Positions 1-9,900 of a DNA stretch of 25,955 nucleotides are shown in pieces. The notes below the pieces were generated by a model. It was not told the DNA's origin. It saw only the letters and a list, made by a program, of their open reading frames with translations, and searched no databases. The position numbers and the translations under genes are program-made. The stretch lies in NCBI RefSeq assembly GCF_006345805.1, contig NW_021836059.1:1-25955 (forward strand), read 5' to 3'. The first letter of the stretch is position 1. Every line of letters starts with the position of its first letter. This DNA comes from Octopus sinensis (Eukaryota).

Positions 1-235
1 AAGAAGCCCATCATATATATAGATATATATATTTGCGTGTGTGTCTGTGTTTGTCACCCAATCAGTGCTTGTCAGCCAATGTTGATGTGTTTATGTCCCT
101 GTAACTTAGCAGTTCAGCAAAACAGATCAAAAGAATAAGTACCAGGCTTACAAAGAATAAGTCCTGGGGTCGATTTGTTTGACTAAAGGCGGTGCTCCAG
201 CATGGCCATAATCAAATGACTGAAATGAATAAAAG
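1..235 (+). mobile_element. tRNA-derived SINE family A, 3' portion (cut by the window edge)
   Basis: Near-identical to 983-1223 (gtaacttagcagttcagcaaaa...gaataagtcctggggtcgattt...ccagcatggcc...aaatgactgaaa). Confidence 0.85.
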
Positions 236-657
236 AGCAAATATGTTTAACTGGCAAAAAAGATGACCACTGCCAAGTAAAACAAGATCTGCTTCAACAC
301 ACGTTTCCACATCAAGAATCTGGCAAAATAAATATATAATTGCAATAAAAATTCAGTCATATTGATATTGTTGGAATATTTCATGTTTATTGACTGGTTG
401 GATAGCATCGTGCCCTACCGTCGAGGGGAGGGGGTGTCAGTAATGACCACTTTGCCACTTGTTGTTCCAAGTCCACACAGGCCTCTATAATCATTCACTG
501 GTAGCCACCGAGCAAGCAAGTTATAAATCCTCCAGATAAACCAGTCATGAGTGAACAGTTAATATCTCGTCACGTGAGCAAGGGGAAAGAACTCCAGAGA
601 ATTGTCATGTGACTGCCTCAAGAAGCCAACCATGACCTTTAACAAAATCAAATACTA

Positions 658-1293
658 TTGCATTGGTGCAGAATTATTGTGGCTTTTTTTTCAACAAAAA
701 CAATAACAACATGTAACAAAAACATCTTTAAATGATTATTCTGGAACATATTCAACATCTGCTTCAAGTACTGCTTCCCATTTCCTTGGCAGACGGTCAG
801 ACCGTCATTTAAAGATGTTTTTTTAAAGTATTGGCGTAGGAGTGGCTGTGTGGTAAGTAGCTTGCTTACCAACCACATGGTTCCGGGTTCAGTCCCACTG
901 CGTGGCACCTTGGGCAAGTGTCTGCTACTATAGCCTCGGGCTGACCAAAGCCTTGTGAGTGGATTTGGTAGACAGAAACTGAAAGAACCCCGTCATATAT
1001 ATGTATATATATGTGCGTGTGTTTGTGTGTCTGTGTTTGTCCCCCCAACATCGCTTGACAACCGATGCTGTTGTGTTTATGTCACCGTAACTTAGCAGTT
1101 CAGCAAAAGAGACTGATAGAATAAGTACTAGGCTTACAAAGAATAAGTCCTGGGGTCGATTTGCTCGACTAAAGGCGGTGCTCCAGCATGGCCACAGTCA
1201 AATGACTGAAACAAGTAAAAGAGCATTGTTATTGTTTTTGTTGAATAAAATTTGTTGAAAAAAAAAAGCTGCAGTAATTATGCACCAACCCAA
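658..1293. mobile_element. Palindromic mariner-derived MITE (two transposon 3' ends) interrupted by a SINE
   Basis: TA-flanked inverted termini ttgcattggtgcagaattattgtggctttt / aaaagctgcagtaattatgcaccaacccaa resemble the Hsmar1/MADE1 TIR. Minus strand ~798-736 encodes DRLPRKWEAVLEADVEYVPE*, a mariner transposase C-terminus. Confidence 0.75.
833..1223 (+). mobile_element. tRNA-derived SINE family A, full-length
   Basis: A-box (gtggctgtgtggta) and B-box-like (ggttcagtccc) head, CORE-like ccttgggcaagt, central (TA/TG)n; at least 9 related copies in the window. Confidence 0.9.
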
Positions 1294-1384
1294 TAATTCT
1301 CTGCATCAAATACATTACCTTGTGGTATTTATTGCAAACCTCTTCAGTGAGGAGAATCACAGAGCCAAACAGTTTCTGTTTTCT

Positions 1385-1725
1385 TTAGGCGCCATGTCCA
1401 GAATGTAGGACATAAGGGATCATGTCAGGCCACAATTCTCTGTTCTTTGTTTTCAGTAAGTTCCTATCTCTGATGTTAAAATCGCTCTTTCTTCCAACCA
1501 GTCTACCAAGCTTGACATCCATATCACCCTTCTCCTTCTTTTCTTTTCAATCTTTCCGGTCATCACTCAATGCTCCAGATCCTCTTCCCTCGTCACATGA
1601 CCAAGAAATCTCAGTCACTTGGCCTTTATCTCACGAAGCAGTTTCCTACTTATCGCAGCTCAGGTCATCAATTCTTCTTTGGACACTTTATCTGTCCATG
1701 CTATCCTCAATATTTTCCTTAACAA
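1385..1725 (-). mobile_element. RTE-clade LINE ORF C-terminal fragment (decayed)
   Basis: Minus-strand translation RKILRIAWTDKVSKEELM..RKLLREIKAK*LRFLGHVTREEDLEH*VMTGKIE..IWMSSL. Confidence 0.75.
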
Positions 1726-1919
1726 CCATATTTCACAGCTCTCCAAGCACCATCATCATTATGGTTTGAATGGCCGTTGCTGTAGGAGACAGTATGCCAA
1801 TGTATTGAGTTATCTCCCCTCACAGTTGAGCTCAAGTGAGTGGACTCTTTTAAATGAAGTCTAATGCAGTGGTTAGCCATATAGTCTTCTTAAGCACAAT
1901 GAGAGGTAGGTTGCATGTA

Positions 1920-2290
1920 TAGTTCCACTTCCTGATGTTTAATGCTGCTTTCTTTCAACAAAGTCCACCAAGCTCGACATCCATATCACCCTTCTCCTTC
2001 TTTTCCCTTCGATCTTTCTGGTCATCACTAAATGCTCCAGGCCCCCATCACATCACCAAGAAATCTGTCACTTGGCCTTTACCTCACGAAGCAGTTTCCT
2101 ACTTATCGCAGCTCAGGTCATCACTTCTTCATTAGACACTTTACCCGTCCATGCTAGCTTCCCAAACATCTTCTCACTTCTGATGCATTATAGACCAAGC
2201 CTCACTTCCATACATTAACACAAGGTAAACTTAGCAGCTCAGCACACAGATCCATGTCTTGATGCTCAGATGGATTCTCAAGATGCAATA
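1920..2290 (-). mobile_element. RTE-clade LINE ORF fragment (decayed), second related copy
   Basis: LSIKTWICVLSC*VYLVLMYGSEAWS (LLYGxExW motif), followed by a diverged copy of the segment at ~1460-1703. Confidence 0.75.
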
Positions 2291-2524
2291 CCAGTTCACT
2301 ACTTGGGTCAATTCTTCTCTCTCTCTCTCTCCCTCTCTTTTCCCCTGTCCATCTTTGTTTCTGAATGCAAGTCTATGGTCAAGACACGCTGCTGTATGAA
2401 ATGGTACCACTCCTACAGTTCCACTCACAAGGGTAGGCCACCATCGGAGAAATCTGCCACTTCAAACCGTTATTGATTTGAAATTCTGGAAGCAAATCAA
2501 GCGTGTTTCTTGTGAGTCCACATC

Positions 2525-2571
2525 TCAGGCACCAACTGACCAACACTGACCAGCGGTGTTGACCATGGACA
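2525..2571 (-). CDS. TBK1: TBK1-like probable terminal coding exon (VSMVNTAGQCWSVGA*)
   Basis: tctttgttttatctgtcag acceptor; the phase-1 join gives 15 residues then TGA at 2527-2525. Supported by splice signal and phase only, not by homology. Confidence 0.6.
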
Positions 2572-3917
2572 CTGACAGATAAAACAAAGAGAGACAGACT
2601 CAGTTCTATCAAAAAGCCACAACATTATAGACATGTTGTCGTTGTCTGTAATGGAGGGGTGGGTGGGTGGGTCTTTATGATTCCTTCAGTCATTGACCCG
2701 TGTTAGATATAAAATAGTGAGAACCACCTGGTGAATTACAACTGAAGTACAGATGCTTTAGTAACATCTGGTTATAGTTCCAAGGCATCAAGGTGGTTGA
2801 ATTGTAAGAATTTGTGACATTTTTCTCCTCTCTTTACATTTTGAGCTCAAATTCTGTTGAGGTTGACTTTAGCTTTCATCCTTTCAGGGTCAATACAATA
2901 AACACCACATGAGCCCTAAAATAAACACCACATGAGCCCTGGGGATGGATGTAATCAACTTATCTTCTCCCTGCAAAAGTACTGGCCTTCTGTCGAAATT
3001 TGGAGCCACACCTATGGACTATTTATTTGGTCTTTGCTTCAGTTTTATTATTTTTATTATTTTAGTTTCTTTGTCAAAGACTCTTTCCTCACACCTCCTG
3101 CCACCTCTTCAGTGACTCTCCATCCCATGTGTCTCCTTTTGTTCTACTTCCTCCATTTTGTCTTTCTGTGGTATCTTTATCTGTGCATGCATTTATGTTT
3201 TATACCTGTGTGTATCCATACATGCAGATACACGCACACACATACATATGCGCATGCATACACACACACAGGTACAAAACACAAATGCATGCACAGATAA
3301 AGATATATACCACAGAAAGACAAAATGGAGGAAGTAGAACAAAAGGAGACACATGGGATGGAGAGTCACTGAAGAGGTCACAGGAGGTGTGAGGAAAGAG
3401 TCTTTGACAAAGGAACTAAAATAATAAAACTAATTAGACCAAATATGTAGTGTGTATGTGTTTAATTGTTAAAATAATACTTTGAAAATTTATGGAAATC
3501 AGAAACTTTCCATTTGTTCCCAAAACAATTTGCCAAGCTTATTTCATTGTTAAATTGGGAAAGTACATTTTCAGTTTATAATGCTGAGCTCAGTTCCTTT
3601 TGTAGCTGTGATCCCATCTAGGGGCAGATGTGTCTCTCTTACAATATGGAAACTGAAGGACTGACCCCCCAGGAATGGAAGAGTTTCATCAATGGATTAA
3701 AATTTTGTAAATATCTGGGATGGTTTGCAATTAACACCTTTTTACCTTCCACTTGCTTCAGTCATTAGACTGTGGCCATGCTGGGGTAACACCTTGAAGG
3801 ATTTAGTTCAGTGACTCCCCATCTTTTCACTACCTTTTATTTAAATGAGTTTTCCCACAGACCCTTTCTAATATGCTTATCCTTATGTATGTGTATATAA
3901 TATATATATATATATAT

Positions 3918-3958
<41 letters not shown>

Positions 3959-5385
3959 GTGGTGAGCTAGCAGAAACATTAGTGTGCTGGGCGAAATGCT
4001 TAGCGGTATTTCGTCTGTCGCTACGTTCTGAGTTCAAATTCCGCTGAGGTCGACTTTGCCTTTCATCCTTTCGGGGTTGATAAATAAAGTACCAGTTTCG
4101 CACAGGGGTCGATGTAATCGACTTAATCCCTTTGTCTGTCCTTGTTTGTCTGCTCCATGTTTAGCCCCTTGTGGGTAGTAAAGAAATATATACATATATA
4201 TTAAATCAAAATCTAATTCACGGACCCTCAGTACTGCCTTCGAAGATCTTCAGGGGTCTGCAGACCCCAGGTTTAGAACTACTGGTTTAGTTGAACAAAT
4301 CCTCTTCAGTACTTTTTACTTAAGACTGCTAAGTTACAGGAATGTAAACCCACCAACACCAGCTGTCAAGCATTGGTAGGGCAGAAACACAGACATATAC
4401 AGACAAGGATTTAGCTGTGGACTTGTATCATTTGTGTTTTCTTTGTGCTCCTGCAAACCTGTTCTGTTCATAGGAGACAACACCTCTGTTGGTGCAGCTT
4501 TGCTAGGCAGGGTGGTCTATACACACATACACGATGGTCTTCTCTTTGTTTCCATCTACCAAATCCACTCACAAGACTTCAGTCAGCCTAAGGCTATAGT
4601 AGAAGGTGCCACGCAGTGGGACTGAACCCAGAACCATGTGAGAGGGAAGCAAGCTTCTTACCACAGAGTCACACTTGTACCTGTATTTTTAAAAAAATCT
4701 GTTGTACCATCCAGGTTGTGTGCTTGAATTATATAAATGTGTCCCAAATCAGGGGTGAACGTATTAACTACAAAACATCCTCCCCAATTCCATCACCAAA
4801 GCATATCAAACACCCTCCCACCATGATTTTGCTTCGTTATCACAACTCGTTAATTTCCTTACCTAATGTTTTTACATCTTCAGTACATTCTTGAATGGAA
4901 ATTGACAAATTCTGAACCCTGTAAAGAAGAACAAAAAAAAAAGAGCAAATTAATTAAGAACAAAAAGTTCGCTTAGGATCATTAATTACAGAATAATTAA
5001 AGCATAAGTTCAGTTGGGTCACACAAAATAGTCATTTAGCTAATTATATTTTCATAATTAGATATTATTTAAGGATTGTTTTAAAAAAATTCAGTTCTAT
5101 ATTTAAAAGATGAGGAATTATTTACATTATTTACATTTGATCGAGATTTGTCCTATTTTTAAATTGTTCAAATATTTGGTGTATTCTCTCTCTCTTTTAC
5201 TTGTTTCAGTCATTGACTGTGGCCATGCTGGAGCACCGCCTTTAGTCGAGTAAATAACCCCAGGACTTATTCTTTGTAAGCCTAGTACTTATTCTATCCG
5301 TCTGTTTTTCCGAACCGCTAATGTTACAGGGACGTAAACACACCACCATCAATTGTCAAACGATGTGGGGGGAGGGGAAACACAG

Positions 5386-5428
<43 letters not shown>

Positions 5429-6943
5429 CGATGGGCTTCTTTCAGTTTCCGGCTACCAAATCAACTCACAAGGCTTTGGTCAGCCCAAGACTATAGTAGA
5501 AGACACTTGCCCAAGGTGTCATGCAGTGGGACTGAACCCAGAACCATGTGGTTAGTAAGCAAGTAATTTTTCTTTTACTTGTTTTGGTCATTAGGCTGTG
5601 GCCAAGCTGGGGCACCGCATTGAAGAATTTTAGTTGAATTAATCAACTCCAGTATTTACTTTACTTTTAAGCCTGGTATTTATTCTATCAGTCTCTTTTG
5701 CTGAACTGCATAGTGACAGGGATGCAAACACACCAACACTGGTTGTTAGGCGGCAGCGGGGCAAACACAGATACAAACACATACATACATGTACCCATAT
5801 ATGCATGCGTGTATATATATATTATTTATATATATGTATGTATATCTATATGACAGGCTTCTTTTAGTTTCCATCTACCAAATCCACTCACAAGGCTTTG
5901 ATCAACCCAATGTGCCAGCTTGATGGACTGAACCCAGAACCATGTGGCCCAGAAGCAAGCTTCTTACCCCACAGCCATGCCTGTGCATATTGCGCATAAA
6001 TTGCAGTAGCAAAATCTTACACAAGGCCCCAAGGGTCATATGCACCCTCAACAGGTCAAATGGACCCTAATTGAGAACGTCTAGGTCATTGGTCCCCAAA
6101 CTTTTTAGACCATCGACCTACTTCATGGAATCCTTGACCCCCACATCAACCCCCAGGCATGTACAAGAAAATAAATAAATAATAAAAATAATTAAGTAGA
6201 TTTGCATTTATTGACCCCCTGAATAGTCCCATCGAACCTCAGGGGTCGATATCGACTGCTTTGGAGATCCCTGGTCTAGCTGATTACTTTTTCCTTCTAT
6301 TTTTTGACTTTTTATTTTTCATATTATTTTTATTTTACACCCCACTCAATTCTAATCCCTCTCGATGGGTACAGACTTCATTTACTTGTTTCTCTGACAT
6401 TTTTTCCATTGAATTCTTTGACTGTTCTAACACCTGTTTCTTTACTTCCCACAAGGGGCTAAACACAGAGGGGACAAACAAACAGATTAAGTCGATTACA
6501 TCGACCCCAGTGTGTAACTGGTATTTAATTTATCGACCCCGAAAGGATGAAAGGAAAAGTCGACCTTGGCAGAATTTGAACTCAGAACGTAACGGCAAAT
6601 GAAAAACGGCTACGCATTTCGCCCGGCATGCTAATGATTCTGCCAGCTCGCCGACTGTTCTAACACCTACCCCCACTAAAACCCTTCCCTTCCCTCCTCT
6701 TTCTTTTTCTCTTTTCTTCTTTTGTCCCTTATGTCAAAGATTTACACAAAGAGCAGTTACCCAGTTACAAGAAATAACCATACAACCATAGATTGCAATT
6801 ATTAATGTTATTATAAAATGTAATTATAACGAGAAGGAAACCTCAAATTTACCTTTTCATCATATGGAATATCAAGTCCTCATTGTTATCGTGAAACATT
6901 TCTTTATTTAAATCTTTAGTGAACTGCAAAAAACATCAAAATA

Positions 6944-6979
<36 letters not shown>

Positions 6980-9900
6980 GGGAGAGAAGGAGGGGGAAGA
7001 GTATCATCAGCATCGTCCTCACATCAGTCATCACCATCATCATCATGATAATAATACTAATGGCAACACCAATAATAATAATAATAATAATATTGGGTTG
7101 TCTGGAAAGTTCGTGCCGATTTATAGTAGCTTACCTTTCGACTTATTTTAGAACATGGTTGAGTATATAAAATAGAATTTAACTACACCTCCATTTAGAG
7201 TACAATTTAAGCTATCTTTTCATGGAAGAAGATTTATGTGTTAATTCTGTAACCCTTTAAGAAAGTTCATTTTCAGCACTTGATGCTTTTCTTTTTCCAT
7301 AAAGGGAAAAATGTCTCACAAGCAACCAAAGAAATATGCGCAGTTTACAGTGATGTTTCTTTATCCAAAAGAACTGTACAGAAGTGGTTCGCAAGGTTCT
7401 GAGCTGGAGATTGTAGCTTTATTGATAAAGAGCGATCAGGCAGACCATCCACTACAGATGATGACCAAATCAAGTCATTAATTGAGAATAACCCACATTG
7501 CACAACCCGAGAATTGGCAGAAAGCCTCAACCTGTAAAAATCCGTTCTTCATGGGCACCTGGTAAAGCTTGGGTACACAAATCGCTACAATGTTTGTGTA
7601 CCACATGAGTTGAGTGAGAAGAAACTTTTGGATTGCATTTCCATCTGTGATTCGCTTTATAAATGGAATGAAAACACGCCTTTTTTAAAACAAATTGCGA
7701 CAGGTGATGAAAAATGGATTATCTACCGAAATGTTTAGAGAAAGCGATCCTGGAGTAAGCGACATGAGCCACCCTTAGCCACCCCAAAAGCGAGTCTTCA
7801 CCCTAAAAAAGTCTAGCTTTGTGTCTGGTGGGATTGGAAAGGAATTCTGTACTATGAGCTTCTCCCAAGTAACCAGACAATTAATTCTGAGAAATACTGC
7901 ACACAACTGGACGAGTTAAAAGCAGCAATTCAAGAGAAACGGCCAGAATTGGCTAACAGGAAGGGTGTTGTTTTCCAACATGATAATTTAAGACCGCATG
8001 TTTCTTTGGGAACCAGACAAAAACTGCTGCAGCTCGGCTCCAATGTGTTGCCCCACCCTCCATATTCACCAGATATTGCTCCTTCAGATTTCCACTTATT
8101 CAAGTCTCTGCAGAATAGTCTTAATGGTAAAAATTTCAATTCCTTGGATGACATAAAAAGATACCTTGATGAATTCTTTGCCATGAAACCACCTCAATTC
8201 AGGGAAAAGAGTATGTTCAGGTTAAAGGGATGATGGAGACGCATTGTGCAACAAAATGGTTCATATTTGGTTAATTAAAAATGTAATGGCAAGTATTTAT
8301 TGACCTTTTTTCTTTCCTTTAAAAATCAGCACAAACTTTCCGGACAACCCAATATATGATGGGCTTCTTTCAGTTTCCATCTATCAAATCCACTCACAAG
8401 GCTTTGGTTGGCCTGAGGCTATAGTAGTAAACATTTGCCCAAGGTGTCACAGAGTGGGACTGAACCCAGAACCATGTGGTTGGGAAGCAAGCTTCTTACC
8501 ACACAGCCACTCCTGAGCCTATAATAATAATAATCTACAAATATGATAATAACGATAATTATTATTATACCTGTATGTGTTTTGATATTAAAACTGAAAA
8601 AGAAAAAATGACCATGCTTGTAAAAAGTTTTGGATGTGGGTTTGCATTCCCCTAAGCAAATTCTGTTCTTGCACTTGTGGCCCCTAACCCCTATTATTTG
8701 CAACCAGACACACACACACACACACACACACAATTGTAAGGGTTTCAGCAAGTTAGTAAAAGTATATGAGAGAGGATTAAGTAGAAGGAAAGCAGTGTGT
8801 TGAGTGATCGGACTCTGACCGGCCATTTACTGGTTTGCTTGGTATATAAGTGACAAACACCACATCATCATCTGCGAATGGAATGCAAGTCCATCAGAGG
8901 GTCACTCATCCACAGCAGAGGGGACTGGAACAACAAAGAAATGAAGTATTTTGCTTAAGGATACAATGCACTGCCCAGTTTGGGAATTGAAACAGCAAAC
9001 TTATGATCACAAGCGCAACATTTTATCTACGAGGCCAGGCAGCTTCACAAAAGGATTACGACTAACTGGAATGCCATTTTGGTTGATGAGAGAAGATTCC
9101 TGTCAAGGAGTAATGACCGACAAGACTTCTATCTGGGCCATGTCGTCTGCAGAAGAAGAGATGCCACAAGGATTGTCATGGGAGACCTCACGGCAGACCC
9201 CCCCCCCCCGCGCTACGCTTCCAGGAAATCATTTATATTCTGCTCCGAGTTGCTGTCAGGAGTTGTTAGCCATGTCAGGCAAGGGAAATAACTCGCTATC
9301 TGTTAAATACACTAATCGAAATTCACTGACCCCTATTAAAGGAAAAGGAAATGAAAAGAAGAAAAAATGGAAAGGGAAAGAAGGAAGCTTACTTTTGATG
9401 ACTGGTATTTCTCCAAGAGGTTGCTGAAAACCTTTAGCTCACCGTTACTGGCTTGGAATATCTTTCTTTGAGTCCACACTTTTCTAGAGTTAAAAAAGAA
9501 CAAAGAAATACATAAATGAAGCTAATATCAAATTGTATGGAGGAAGACCCCCACCCCAAACAACCCCCTCCCTTTCTTTTGTCTCTCTCTCTCTCGTTTT
9601 CCCTTTCTCCGTCTTTGCCCATCTCATTCCCCTCTTCATGTCATCAGCATTTTTCCTTTTCTCTCTCCACCTCTCACTTCCACTAACCACATGGCAGCAT
9701 ATCCACATCAATACACAAATGATGATGATGATGATGATGATGATGGTGGTGATGGTGATGATGGTGGTGGTGGTGGTGATGGTGGTGATGATGATGATGA
9801 TGATAAATGCTCTGATGCCATACCAGGCAGTGGCTCTCGTGGCTTCTGATCTTAACTGATTGGAAGTGTTATCATGTACATTGTTTTGTCTTGGTATAAA

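Larger units (their letters stand above)
3751..4682 (-). mobile_element. SINE family A (older copy) split by nested insertions
   Basis: Pieces 3751-3808, 4293-4405 and ~4520-4682 are collinear with the copy at 5570-5986. Confidence 0.7.

Noticed and set aside
5085-5155. Fragment recalled as part of a hammerhead-bearing Octopus repeat (similarly 25662-25955)
   Set aside because: No CUGANGA/GAAA core is present in these copies, and the family assignment rests on memory alone
6386-6433. In-frame segment VLEQSKNSMEKMSEKQ bounded by AG and GT on the minus strand
   Set aside because: The upstream sequence is purine-rich with no polypyrimidine tract, and the AG falls at a SINE TSD junction
9213-9299. 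Possible extra or alternative terminal exon (IASYFPCLTWLTTPDSNSEQNINDFLEA*) after a tttaacag acceptor
   Set aside because: The only phase-compatible donor (GTAGCG) is poor and there is no TBK1 similarity. Exon 6923-6853 bridges the phases with strong signals. It cannot be fully excluded without RNA data.
8951-9427. 158-aa plus-strand ORF
   Set aside because: It begins in a SINE, runs antisense to a real exon, has no recognisable domain and uses a non-ATG start
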